A stretch of DNA of 36,789 bases from NCBI GenBank assembly GCA_041491545.1, contig JBGPVE010000002.1, forward strand, positions 1 through 36,789, read 5' to 3'. Under the pieces are notes generated by a model. The model had not been told where the DNA came from. It ran no database searches and was given only the letters and a program-made list of their open reading frames with translations. Shown in pieces: positions 1 through 8,808 of this stretch. The stretch is from Gemmatimonadota bacterium. Lineage in GTDB: Bacteria; Gemmatimonadota; Gemmatimonadetes; Gemmatimonadales; GWC2-71-9. How positions within the stretch are numbered: position 1 is the first letter of the stretch; every line of letters starts with the position of its first letter. A program made the position numbers and the translations under genes.

Positions 1-669
1 ACGCGCGAAATCCTCCACCTGCCGAATGGTGGCGGCGTGGGCGCGGAAGCCGTCCCGCCGATGGATGAGCATGATCGACCGCGCGATCCCCTGAAGGTTC
101 ACGGCCCAATCGAACGCCGAGTCGCCGCCGCCCACAATCAGCACACGCCGGCCGGCGAACTCCTTGGGATCGAGAACCTTGTAGTAGAGACCTCGGTTCT
201 CGAATCGCTCCTCCCCCTCGACGCCCAGATGGCGTGGCTCGAATGCGCCGATGCCCGCGGCGATGAGCACGGTACGGCAGGGGTAGGCGGCCTCGGTGGT
301 CTCGAGCACAAAATGGGACCCGCCGTCCGCCTCGACCCGCCGGAGGCCGGTGACCACTTCGCCGAGGTGGACCGGCGTGCCGAACTGCAGCGCCTGCTGC
401 GTCATGCCGGCCACGAGATCCTTGGCAAGCACTTTCGGGAACCCGGCGACATCGAAGATGTATTTTTCGGGGTAGAGCGCCATGAGCTGCCCGCCGAGAG
501 CGGGGAGCGCGTCGATAATGCGGGCGGAAGCACCGCGCATGCCGGCGTAAAACGCGGCGAAGAGCCCGGTGGGCCCGCCGCCGATGATCGAAATGTCCCT
601 CAGCTCATGCTCAGTCACTACCGCTCCCAGGTCGGCGAATTTACGGTGAAGCGGGTAAATATAGTCCAT
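1..669 (-). CDS. Ferredoxin-NADP(+) reductase / thioredoxin-reductase-like FAD flavoprotein, N-terminal 223 codons; the 3' part lies beyond the window start
   Basis: Absent from the ORF track because it runs off the left edge. My reverse-complement translation from 669 reads MDYIYPLHRKFADLGAVVTEHELRDISIIGGGPTGLFAAFYAGMRGASARIIDALPALGGQLM... This is a GxGxxG FAD fold followed by the YumC/TrxB-like FNR pattern. The listed 37..696 + ORF is its antisense shadow. An alternative start is GTG at 618, preceded by GGGAG. Confidence 0.8.
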   Translation of the reverse strand, partial: MDYIYPLHRKFADLGAVVTEHELRDISIIGGGPTGLFAAFYAGMRGASARIIDALPALGGQLMALYPEKYIFDVAGFPKVLAKDLVAGMTQQALQFGTPVHLGEVVTGLRRVEADGGSHFVLETTEAAYPCRTVLIAAGIGAFEPRHLGVEGEERFENRGLYYKVLDPKEFAGRRVLIVGGGDSAFDWAVNLQGIARSIMLIHRRDGFRAHAATIRQVEDFAR

Positions 670-1213
670 GACGATCTACACCAAGACCGGCGATGAAGGC
701 GACACCGGCCTGTTCGGCGGCGGGCGAGTCCCCAAGGACCACCCGCGGGTCGCCGCCTACGGCGAGGTCGACGAGCTCAATTCCACCATCGGCGCGGTCC
801 GCGGCACCGCACCGACGGACTTCTTCGACCCGCTGCTCCAGTCGATCCAGCGCGACCTCTTTGCCATCGGCGGCCATCTCGCCACGCCGGATCCCGCGAA
901 GGTCGCCAAAGCGCTCGAGAAGGCCGAGCTCTCGGCCGATCGGGTGACCGAATTCGAGCGGATCATCGACGCTGCGGATGCCGAGCTGCCGCCGCTCAAC
1001 GCGTTCGTGCTTCCCGCCGGAACCCCGAAGGCGGCGGCGCTGCACTTGGCGCGCACGGTGTGCCGCCGGGCGGAACGCAGCGTCGTTCACCTCGCGCACG
1101 AGGCCGCGGTACCCGCGCTCTTCATCATCTATCTCAACCGGCTGTCGGATCTCTTCTTCACCCTCGCGCGCCTCGCAAACCACCGCCAGGGCTCGGGGGA
1201 CCTGACATGGTGA
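668..1213 (+). CDS. ATP:cob(I)alamin adenosyltransferase, PduO type
   Basis: 181-aa ORF. The N-terminus MTIYTKTGDEGDTGLFGG, then RVAAYGEVDELNSTIG and LPAGTPKAAALHLARTVCRRAER, fit the PduO/MMAB-type adenosyltransferase family pattern. Its stop overlaps the aroB start (ATGGTGA). Confidence 0.88.
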   Translation: MTIYTKTGDEGDTGLFGGGRVPKDHPRVAAYGEVDELNSTIGAVRGTAPTDFFDPLLQSIQRDLFAIGGHLATPDPAKVAKALEKAELSADRVTEFERIIDAADAELPPLNAFVLPAGTPKAAALHLARTVCRRAERSVVHLAHEAAVPALFIIYLNRLSDLFFTLARLANHRQGSGDLTW

Positions 1214-2331
1214 CCTCGATCCTCGTTACCCATGCGGCGGGCAGCTATCCGGTCTACATCGCCCCCGGCCTGCTCGGCCGGATCGGGCCGCTCGCCGAGC
1301 AACACCTCGCGGATCGAAAGCTCGCGCTCGTCACCGACGACACCGTGTTGGCGCTCCTCGACGCCTACCGCTCCGATCCGGGGAGCGTGTGGCGCAAACC
1401 GAACGCGCCCGTCGCGCTCCCGGCGTTCGGGACGGAGCTGAGCGTGCCCGCCGGCGAGGCGTCGAAGACGCGCGAACGGTGGATCGCGCTGTCGGATGCG
1501 CTGCTCGAGCGCGGTTTCGGCCGGGACAGCGGAATCGTCGCGGTGGGCGGTGGAGTCGTGGGCGATCTGGGCGGCTTCGTCGCGGCGACCTACCTGCGAG
1601 GCATCCCGTACCTCCAGGTGCCGACCACGCTGCTCGCGATGCTCGACGCATCGGTGGGCGGCAAGACCGGCGTCGACACGGCCCGCGGAAAGAATCTCAT
1701 CGGCGCGTTTCATCCCCCGGCCGCTGTCGTGGCCGACATGCGCACGTTGCTCAGCCTGCCCGAGCGGGAGTTCGTCGCCGGACTCGCCGAAGCGGTGAAG
1801 CATGGCCTCATCGCCGATCGCGCGTATTTCACTTGGATCCGCGAGTCCGCCGATCGTATCCGGTCCCGCGATTTGGAAACGCTCGCCGAGTTGGTGCGCG
1901 GCAGCGTCGCCATCAAGGCGACCGTGGTCGGCGAGGACGAGCGGGAAGCGGGCCGGCGGGCCGTGCTCAACGCGGGCCACACCGTGGCTCACGCGTTGGA
2001 GCACGTCTCGGGATACGCTCTCGCGCATGGGGAGGCGGTCGCGCTCGGCCTCGTCGCCGAGTGCCGCCTCGCGGAAGCGCTGGGTGTCGGCCGAGCCGGG
2101 CTCGCCGCTGAGGTCTCCGAGCTGCTCGCACAACTCGGCCTCCCAATTCGACTCGCGCAGCCACTCGCGGCCGAGCAGGTCAAGGCCGCGATGGCGCTGG
2201 ACAAGAAGAATCGTCAGGCCACCGTTCGCTTTTCCCTGCCGGCGGACGTCGGTACGATGTTCCCCGGCCAAGGGTGGACGGTGGCAGCCCCAAACGGAGA
2301 GGTTGAGGCGGCGTTGGCCGCCATTCAGTAG
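1207..2331 (+). CDS. aroB: 3-dehydroquinate synthase
   Basis: Internal ATG (MVTSILV...) of listed ORF 1060..2331. Contains GGGVVGDLGGFVAATYLRGIPYLQVPTTLLAMLDASVGGKTGVD, GKNLIGAFHPP and the HTVAHALE metal-binding region typical of AroB. The 5' extension of the listed ORF overlaps the upstream gene and is Arg/Pro-rich. Confidence 0.92.
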   Translation: MVTSILVTHAAGSYPVYIAPGLLGRIGPLAEQHLADRKLALVTDDTVLALLDAYRSDPGSVWRKPNAPVALPAFGTELSVPAGEASKTRERWIALSDALLERGFGRDSGIVAVGGGVVGDLGGFVAATYLRGIPYLQVPTTLLAMLDASVGGKTGVDTARGKNLIGAFHPPAAVVADMRTLLSLPEREFVAGLAEAVKHGLIADRAYFTWIRESADRIRSRDLETLAELVRGSVAIKATVVGEDEREAGRRAVLNAGHTVAHALEHVSGYALAHGEAVALGLVAECRLAEALGVGRAGLAAEVSELLAQLGLPIRLAQPLAAEQVKAAMALDKKNRQATVRFSLPADVGTMFPGQGWTVAAPNGEVEAALAAIQ

Positions 2332-2446
2332 CCGGTTCCAGCCCGCCTGCACTCCCGCCCGCCAGTTATCCACATTTTGCCCGCCGTGGAGAAACCAGCC
2401 AAGCATCTGCTTTGGAATAATTTGTGATGTGGACAATCCCTATTTC

Positions 2447-2475
2447 TTGACCGATTTGACGCGGCTTCCTATATT
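2447..2475 (+). promoter_or_regulatory. Candidate sigma-70 type promoter for the sigma factor gene
   Basis: TTGACC (2447-2452), a 17-nt spacer, then TATATT (2470-2475). It sits in a locally AT-richer intergenic region about 75 nt upstream of the ATG at 2552. Motif match only. Confidence 0.45.
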
Positions 2476-2551
2476 CAAGGCCCGCAATGGGTTACGAAGT
2501 GGCCTCCTGACATGCCAGTCATTGTTCGGCTTACGCTCGCTGGGGTTCGCT

Positions 2552-3445
2552 ATGACTTCTGTGCGTCGTACGGGTCCACGTCCGCTCTTCCGCTCCGCAC
2601 CGTCCAGCGCGTTCGATCAGTATCTCCTGGACATCCAAAAGCTCCCAATGATCACCGACCCCGAGGAAGAGAAGCGCCTCGCGCGTCGCGCCCAAGCGGG
2701 TGATCAAACGGCGGCCGAGCGCCTGGTCACAGCGAACCTGCGCTTCGTCATCAGTTACGTGAAGAAGTACCAAGGCCACGGCCTCGACCTGTCGGAGCTG
2801 GTCGCCATCGGCAACGAGGGGCTGCTCAAGGCGGTCAAGAAATTCGATCCCGATCACGGCGTGAAGTTCATCTCCTACGCCGTCTGGTGGGTCCGTCAGG
2901 CCGTTCTCAAGGCTCTTGCCGAACAGACACGCAGCGTGCGCATCCCGCTCAACCAGAATTCCGCGCTCATCCGGATGGCCCGGGCGGAGAGCTTCCTGGC
3001 CCAAGAGCTGGGACGAGAGCCGACCGATCACGAGGTCGCGGTCGCCCTCAACGACACGGTCGACAACATTCGCGCGGCCCGGCGGATGAGCGGCACCGAG
3101 GTTTCGCTCGATGCCCCGGTCGAGCGGCAAGACCGCGCCTCAAGCACGTTCGGTGAGCGGGTGGCCGGCACGGGCGGCGGCGAGATCGAAGAGCTGACCG
3201 ACTCCAGGCTCCGCCGAGAGTTCATCGACCGGTTGTTCGAGCGACATCTGACGCCGCGGGAACGAAAGATTCTCTCCCTCTACTACGGGCTCGACGAAGG
3301 CTCGGAAGCGCTCACGCTTGAGAGGATCGGCGCGCTGTTGGGCGTCACCCGCGAGCGGATCCGTCAGATCCGCGAGCGCGCCTTTGAGAAGTTGCGCGAT
3401 TCCCCGGACGTCAAGTCGTTGATGGGCGTATGGGTGGCGGCATAG
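2552..3445 (+). CDS. RNA polymerase sigma factor, sigma-70 family (RpoD-like short form, about 297 aa)
   Basis: Internal ATG (MTSVRRTG...) of listed ORF 1802..3445. Region 2: NLRFVISYVKKYQGHGLDLSELVAIGNEGLLKAVKKFD and FISYAVWWVRQAV. Region 3 is present. Region 4 HTH: LTLERIGALLGVTRERIRQIRERAFEKLR. Confidence 0.9.
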   Translation: MTSVRRTGPRPLFRSAPSSAFDQYLLDIQKLPMITDPEEEKRLARRAQAGDQTAAERLVTANLRFVISYVKKYQGHGLDLSELVAIGNEGLLKAVKKFDPDHGVKFISYAVWWVRQAVLKALAEQTRSVRIPLNQNSALIRMARAESFLAQELGREPTDHEVAVALNDTVDNIRAARRMSGTEVSLDAPVERQDRASSTFGERVAGTGGGEIEELTDSRLRREFIDRLFERHLTPRERKILSLYYGLDEGSEALTLERIGALLGVTRERIRQIRERAFEKLRDSPDVKSLMGVWVAA

Positions 3446-3497
3446 CGGCAGGCAAGTCGGCGTAGCGGCTTCAGCAGCGGCCGCTGCCCGCTCATCC

Positions 3498-3529
3498 GGC
3501 CCTCCGGTGCAGCTATGCACCGGAGGGCC
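3498..3529 (+). terminator. Perfect 14-bp stem / 4-nt loop hairpin downstream of the sigma factor gene
   Basis: GGCCCTCCGGTGCA-GCTA-TGCACCGGAGGGCC read directly from the sequence. It begins 53 nt after the stop at 3445. There is no clear U-tract (followed by TCGCTGTCATT), so it may be a terminator or an RNA-stability element. Confidence 0.5.
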
Positions 3530-3563
3530 TCGCTGTCATTGCCACTCCCTTATGTTTGGTCCC

Positions 3564-4235
3564 ATGTCGTCTTACCGACTGCCCCTCTTTCCGCTCACTG
3601 TCGTCCTCTTTCCCGGCACGCCGCTTCCGCTGCACATCTTCGAGCCGAGATATCGACAGATGTTGGCGGATTGTCTCGCCGGCGATCGCCGCTTTGGGAT
3701 CACGCGAAGCGGCGGGGAGCGAGAGGCGCCCGACGCGGGAGCCGTCGGCTGCGTCGCCGAGGTGCGAGCCAACGAGCAGCTGCCGGACGGGCGGTCGAAC
3801 GTTCTCATTCTGGGCATCGTGCGCTTCGTCGTGCGACGCGTGCTGGCGGATCCCGCGCCGTACCACGTCGGACTGGTCGAGGAATTCGAGGAGGAAGACG
3901 GTACCGCCCCGCGCCCCGAATCGGTGGATGAGCTGCGGGTGCTCTTTCTTCGGTACTACCATGTCCTCCGACTCCTCAACGACGCCGATCCGGACGAGCC
4001 GGCGTTGCCCGAGGAGCCGCTGCCATTGTCCTTTGCCGTCGCCGCGGCGGTCGAATGCGACACCGGGCTCAAGCGACGATTGCTGGCCACACGCTCCACC
4101 GACGAGCGGGTGCGTTTGCTGCTTCGACTGCTGCCCGAACTCACGGCCAACGTCGAATCGGCGCTTGGCATTCACCGCGGAGCGCATCAGAACGGCAAGG
4201 GCGGCATGCACCCGGTGCTTCCCTCCGATCTATGA
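3564..4235 (+). CDS. Lon N-terminal (LON substrate-binding) domain protein
   Basis: MSSYRLPLFPLTVVLFPGTPLPLHIFEPRYRQML is the hallmark start of stand-alone Lon-N/PUA-like domain proteins. Start chosen at the third in-frame initiator of ORF 3507..4235; 3552 is an alternative. The stop overlaps the glcD start (ATGA). Confidence 0.85.
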   Translation: MSSYRLPLFPLTVVLFPGTPLPLHIFEPRYRQMLADCLAGDRRFGITRSGGEREAPDAGAVGCVAEVRANEQLPDGRSNVLILGIVRFVVRRVLADPAPYHVGLVEEFEEEDGTAPRPESVDELRVLFLRYYHVLRLLNDADPDEPALPEEPLPLSFAVAAAVECDTGLKRRLLATRSTDERVRLLLRLLPELTANVESALGIHRGAHQNGKGGMHPVLPSDL

Positions 4236-5662
4236 ACTCTTCGCTGATCGACGCGCTCGGCCGAATCGTGAGTCCTGCCTGGGTGCGGCATCGCCGGGCG
4301 GAGCTGGCGACGTATCGGATGGACGGTCTGCCCACCCACGAATCGGAGCCCGGCGCCGTGGTCATACCGGGGAGCCGCACCGAGGTGATCGAGCTCCTGC
4401 GGCTCCTCGCCTTATTGCAGGTGCCGTTCGTCGCGCGGGGTGCGGGCACGGGCCTCTCCGGTGGCGCGCTCGCCGATCCCGACGCGGTGCTCATCTCGCT
4501 CACCCGGCTCAATCGCATCCTGCGCATCGACCCGCGCCGCCGCCGCGCCGTGGTGGAGCCCGGCGTCGTGAACGCCCGGCTCTCCGAGCGGGTGGAGCCC
4601 CTCGGGCTGCAGTACGTGCCCGATCCCTCCAGCCAGGCGGCGTGTACCATCGGCGGCAACGTGGCCGAGAACGCGGGTGGTCCGCACTGCCTCAAGTACG
4701 GCGTGACGACCAACCACGTCGTCGAGCTCGAGGTCGTGCTCCCCGATGGGAGCGTGACGTTGCTGGGCTCGCGGCAGGGAGAGCCGTGGGGGCCGGACCT
4801 GGTGGGGCTCTTCGTCGGCAGCGAGGGCATGCTCGGCATCGCCACCGAGATCACCGTGCGGTTGGAGCCGATTCCGGCGGGGGTGCGGACGCTGCTCGCC
4901 GACTTCCCGACGGTGCGCGGTGCGAGCGAAGCGGTCTCCGCCATCATCGCCGCCGGGATCGTGCCCGCGGCGCTCGAGATGATGGATCGCGCCTGCGTGC
5001 TTGCGGTGGAGGCGTCCATCTACGCGGCGGGATATCCCACCGACGCGGCGGCCGTGCTCTTGGTCGAGGTGGATGGCCCCGAGGCGCAGACGGCGGCGGA
5101 GACGGTGTTGGTGGACCGGCTGCTTCGCGCGCACGGAGCCCGCGAGGTGCGGAGCGCGTCATCCGCGGTGGATCGCGCCAAACTCTGGCAGGGACGCAAG
5201 AAGGCGTTCGGCGCGATGGGGCGGATCGCCCCGGACCTGGCCGTGCAGGATGCCGTCGTGCCGCGCTCCTCCTTGCCCGACATCCTGGAGCAGATCGAGC
5301 GGATTCGCCGACACTATGGCCTGCTGATCAGCAACGTCTTCCACGCCGGAGACGGGAACCTGCATCCGAACATCAGCTTCGATCGCCGCGATCGGGTCAT
5401 GGCCGAGCGAGTGCGCCAGGCAAGCAAAGAGATCATGGCCGCCTGCGTCGACGCCGGCGGCAGCATTACGGGGGAGCACGGCGTGGGCAACGACAAAGTG
5501 GGCTACATGTCCTGGATCTTCGACGCCGAGACCCTCGGGGCCATGCAGGCGGTGCGGCGCGTCTTCGATCCCGGGGAGCGGGCGAATCCCGGGAAAGTGC
5601 TACCCGCCCATGCGTGTCGGGAGTGGCGAATGGTGCCGGAATCGAGGCTGGGCGTGCCATGA
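4232..5662 (+). CDS. glcD: Glycolate oxidase subunit GlcD (FAD-linked oxidase)
   Basis: Internal ATG (MNSSLIDALG...) of ORF 4055..5662, 476 aa. FAD-binding PCMH pattern: VARGAGTGLSGGA, PDPSSQAACTIGGNVAENAGGPHCLKYG, GEHGVG. Followed by glcE and glcF. Confidence 0.9.
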   Translation: MNSSLIDALGRIVSPAWVRHRRAELATYRMDGLPTHESEPGAVVIPGSRTEVIELLRLLALLQVPFVARGAGTGLSGGALADPDAVLISLTRLNRILRIDPRRRRAVVEPGVVNARLSERVEPLGLQYVPDPSSQAACTIGGNVAENAGGPHCLKYGVTTNHVVELEVVLPDGSVTLLGSRQGEPWGPDLVGLFVGSEGMLGIATEITVRLEPIPAGVRTLLADFPTVRGASEAVSAIIAAGIVPAALEMMDRACVLAVEASIYAAGYPTDAAAVLLVEVDGPEAQTAAETVLVDRLLRAHGAREVRSASSAVDRAKLWQGRKKAFGAMGRIAPDLAVQDAVVPRSSLPDILEQIERIRRHYGLLISNVFHAGDGNLHPNISFDRRDRVMAERVRQASKEIMAACVDAGGSITGEHGVGNDKVGYMSWIFDAETLGAMQAVRRVFDPGERANPGKVLPAHACREWRMVPESRLGVP

Positions 5663-6867
5663 TCTTCTCTCGCCTGCGCGCGCTCTTGGGCCCCACCAGC
5701 GTGGACCGCGATCCGGACAATCTGCCGCGCGCGACGCCCGACTCGCACGACGCGTTGGCGTTGGTCTGCCGGCTCGCGCATGACGAAGGCTGGAAGATTC
5801 GCATCGAGGGCCAGGGCACCTGGCTGCCCGCCGATGCCCCGGCCGCGCTCGCCGTGAGCACGCGGGCGCTCGACGAGGTCGTGTCGGTGAGTCCGGCCGA
5901 TCTGGTCGCCACGGTGCAAGCCGGGGCCACGATCGAGGCGGTGCGACGTCGCCTCGGGGATCAGGGCATGTGGCTCGCGATCGATCCCCCGGGGCGCCCC
6001 GAGCGAAGCATGGGCTCGATCGTGGCGACCGCCACCTCCGGTCCACTCCGCCACGGCTTCGGACCGGTGCGGGACCATGTGCTGGGGTGCACCGTCGTCA
6101 CCGGCGATGGCCGGATCGTGCGAGCCGGCGGCCGGGTGGTGAAGAACGTCGCCGGGTACGATCTCACCAAGCTCCACGTCGGCGGCTTCGGCGGATTCGG
6201 CATCGTGACCGAGGTGCATTTGAGGCTCCGGGCGCTGCCCCGCGCCGACGTCACGCTGCTCACCCGCGGCGGCCGCGATGCGCTCACCGCGGTCGCGCGG
6301 GACCTGACCGATGCGCATCTCAGCGCGGCCGCGCTCGAGCTCCTGTCCCCCGCCCTCGCGGCCGGGCCGGACTGGGTGGTCGCCGTCCGATGCGTCGGGC
6401 TCGAGGCGGCGGTGCAGGCGGAGGTCCGCCGATTGTCGGCGGAAACGACGGTCGCGTGGGAGCAGCTGCCGGCCGATCGCACGGCGGCCTTCTGGAGCCT
6501 CGTGGGCCGGGGGACCACCGGCGGGCCGGTGACCTTCCGGCTGGGCGTGCTCGCCGATGGGCTCGATGAGACGATCGATCTCCTCGCCCGCGACCTGGAC
6601 GAGGGCCTGATTTCGGCCGGGGCCGGCGGCGGCTCGCTACGGTGGACCGGCGATGCCTCCGTAGAGCGGCTGCGGGCCGTGCGCCGGGCCTGCGCCGCTC
6701 GGGAGGTGCCCATGACCCTGGAGCGGGCTCCCTGGCCCGTGCGCCGCGCGCTGGGCCATTTCGGGGCCTATCGCGAAGGCGTGGGCCAGTTGGTCGGCCG
6801 GCTCCGTGACACGTTCGATCCGGGACACTCCCTCAGCGTGGCCCTCGAGGGCGCCGAGCATGACTGA
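5659..6867 (+). CDS. glcE: Glycolate oxidase FAD-binding subunit GlcE
   Basis: Only the 3' part (MIFSRLRALLG...) of the 1103-aa listed ORF 3556..6867 is real. It contains the FAD-binding PCMH-like segment VVKNVAGYDLTKLHVGGFGGFGIVTEVHLRL. ATGA overlap with glcD. Confidence 0.85.
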   Translation: MIFSRLRALLGPTSVDRDPDNLPRATPDSHDALALVCRLAHDEGWKIRIEGQGTWLPADAPAALAVSTRALDEVVSVSPADLVATVQAGATIEAVRRRLGDQGMWLAIDPPGRPERSMGSIVATATSGPLRHGFGPVRDHVLGCTVVTGDGRIVRAGGRVVKNVAGYDLTKLHVGGFGGFGIVTEVHLRLRALPRADVTLLTRGGRDALTAVARDLTDAHLSAAALELLSPALAAGPDWVVAVRCVGLEAAVQAEVRRLSAETTVAWEQLPADRTAAFWSLVGRGTTGGPVTFRLGVLADGLDETIDLLARDLDEGLISAGAGGGSLRWTGDASVERLRAVRRACAAREVPMTLERAPWPVRRALGHFGAYREGVGQLVGRLRDTFDPGHSLSVALEGAEHD

Positions 6868-8143
6868 AGGCTACTCGGCCCTCGACCCGTGCGTGCACTG
6901 CGGATTCTGCCTGCCGGCCTGCCCCACGTATCTCGCCACCGGCGACGAGGCCGACAGTCCGCGCGGCCGCATCGTGCTGATGCGCGCCCTCGAGCGGGGC
7001 GAAATCGGCCCCGACGACCCGGCTCTGCGCCAGCATCTCGACGCCTGCCTGGGGTGCCGGGGATGCGAGCCCGTGTGCCCCGCGGGCGTGGGCTACGGGC
7101 GCGGCCTCCAGGCCGCCCGCGAGGAGCTGGTTCGCGCCGGGGGACTCCCGGCGCTCGCCCGCCTGATGCTGGGCGTCTTCAAGCGCCCGTGGTTGTGGCG
7201 TCCGCTCTTCGCCGCGGCGCGCATGCTCCGCGGAACCGGCGTGCCCGGTCGCCTCGCGAACGGGAGCCGAATCGGGTTCGCGTTGGGCATGCTGGATGCC
7301 AGTCGAGATGGACGCAGCGCGGATGACCCGGGGCCCGATCCAGCGGCCCGGTCCGGCGGGCGAACCATCGGTCCGGGACCGCGGCCCACCGTCGCCTTGT
7401 TCCGCGGCTGCGTGATGGACACCCTCTTCCGCCACGTGCACGACGCGACACGACGGACCCTCAGCGCCAACGGCTACGACGTGCGGGAGGTGGCGGCGCA
7501 GACCTGTTGCGGAGCGTTGCACGAGCACGCCGGCGACCGCCCCACGGCCGAGCGGCTCGCCCGGGAGAACGTCGAATCGCTGGTCGATGCGGCCGACTAC
7601 GTCGTCGTCAACAGCGCCGGCTGCGGCGCCTTGCTCAAGGACTACGGGCATCTGCTGGGCACCGCAGCCGCGGCGCGCTTCGCGGCGAAGGTGCGCGACG
7701 TGTCCGAGCTGCTCGCCGAGCGAGGGCCCCGCCCGGGCGCGCCGCTCGATCTCGAGGTGGCCTACGATGCTCCCTGTCATCTGCAGCACGCCCAGCGGGT
7801 CCACGCGGCCCCACTCGCGGTATTCGGCGCGATTCCGGCGTTGCGGCTTCGGCTCCTGCCCGGGTCGGATCGCTGCTGCGGCGGCGCGGGGATCTATTCG
7901 CTGCTCGAGCCCGATCTAGCCCGGCAGGTGCTCGCCGACAAGATCCGGACCTTTGAGGAGGCGGCGCCGAAACTCGATCTCGTGGCGTCGGGCAATCCGG
8001 GCTGCCTGATGCAAATCGGGGCCGGGCTGCGGGCTGCAGGGCTCAAGATCCCCGTGGTGCATCCGGTCGAGCTGCTCGATCGGGCCTACGCGAAGGCGGG
8101 ACTGTACGAAGATGGGCGCGGCCCCGCTACTATTGTCGCATGA
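6860..8143 (+). CDS. glcF: Glycolate oxidase iron-sulfur subunit GlcF
   Basis: MTEGYSALDP... with two ferredoxin-type clusters, CVHCGFCLPACP and CLGCRGCEPVCP, plus C-terminal CCG-type Cys motifs (CCGALHEH, CCGGAG). 427 aa. 8-nt overlap with glcE. Confidence 0.9.
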   Translation: MTEGYSALDPCVHCGFCLPACPTYLATGDEADSPRGRIVLMRALERGEIGPDDPALRQHLDACLGCRGCEPVCPAGVGYGRGLQAAREELVRAGGLPALARLMLGVFKRPWLWRPLFAAARMLRGTGVPGRLANGSRIGFALGMLDASRDGRSADDPGPDPAARSGGRTIGPGPRPTVALFRGCVMDTLFRHVHDATRRTLSANGYDVREVAAQTCCGALHEHAGDRPTAERLARENVESLVDAADYVVVNSAGCGALLKDYGHLLGTAAAARFAAKVRDVSELLAERGPRPGAPLDLEVAYDAPCHLQHAQRVHAAPLAVFGAIPALRLRLLPGSDRCCGGAGIYSLLEPDLARQVLADKIRTFEEAAPKLDLVASGNPGCLMQIGAGLRAAGLKIPVVHPVELLDRAYAKAGLYEDGRGPATIVA

Positions 8144-8808
8144 GCCGAGCAATTCTCTTCGATTTCAACGGGGTCATCGTCAACGACGAGCCCCAGCACT
8201 GTGACGCGCTGATGCAAACCCTGGACGAGTACGGGATCGAGCTCGACCGAGAGACCTACTATCGCGACTACCTCGGCTTTGACGACCGGGAATGCTTCCG
8301 CTTCACCTTCGAGCGGTATGGCCGCCCGGCGGACGAGACGGCGCTGGCCGATGCGATCGAGCGGAAAGCGGCGCACTACGAGCGGGCCATCCGGCGGTCG
8401 ATGCACCTGGTGCCCGGCGCCACCGATTTCGTCAACGCCGCCGCCCGCGACGGCATGACGCTCGCGATCGTCTCCGGCGCGCTCCGCCGAGAGATCGAGC
8501 TCGTCCTCCAGGAGGCCGGTCTTCGGAAGCATTTTCGCCACATCACCGCGGCCGAGGACGTCTCGGCCTGCAAGCCGAACCCCCAGGGCTATAATCGGGC
8601 GCGGGCGGCCGTTGGGGCGGCCCCGGATGACTGCGTCGTGATCGAGGATTCGCTGCCCGGACTCGCCGCCGCGCGGGCCGCGGGGCTGCGCTGCGCGATG
8701 GTCACCACCTCACACGCCGCGACGGCACTCGATGGCGCCGATCTCGTGTGGCCTGACCTTGCGGGCCGGAGCCCGGCCGACCTGCCGTGGGCCTATGCCG
8801 GTCCTTGA
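8140..8808 (+). CDS. HAD-superfamily hydrolase, subfamily IA (phosphatase / beta-phosphoglucomutase-like)
   Basis: Motif I region LFDFNGVIV, motif II IVSGA, motif III K in CKPNP, motif IV VVIEDSLPGLAAARAAG. ATGA overlap with glcF. Confidence 0.85.
   Translation: MSRAILFDFNGVIVNDEPQHCDALMQTLDEYGIELDRETYYRDYLGFDDRECFRFTFERYGRPADETALADAIERKAAHYERAIRRSMHLVPGATDFVNAAARDGMTLAIVSGALRREIELVLQEAGLRKHFRHITAAEDVSACKPNPQGYNRARAAVGAAPDDCVVIEDSLPGLAAARAAGLRCAMVTTSHAATALDGADLVWPDLAGRSPADLPWAYAGP

Noticed and set aside
667-670. Divergent genes whose start codons overlap (CATG), implying zero intergenic space between the flavoprotein and the adenosyltransferase
   Set aside because: The flavoprotein can equally start at GTG 618, which has a GGGAG Shine-Dalgarno and gives a more typical N-terminal length. 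The overlap may therefore be an artefact of choosing the longest ORF.
37-696. 219-aa plus-strand ORF at the left edge
   Set aside because: It is the antisense shadow of the minus-strand FNR-type flavoprotein gene, whose translation shows a clean GxGxxG FAD fold. The plus-strand product is Arg/Gly/His-rich with no motif.
3556-6867. 1103-aa ORF spanning the Lon-N, glcD and glcE regions
   Set aside because: Only its last 402 codons (glcE) are real. The upstream part is an out-of-frame, Arg/Pro/Ser-rich read-through across genes that have clear products in other frames.
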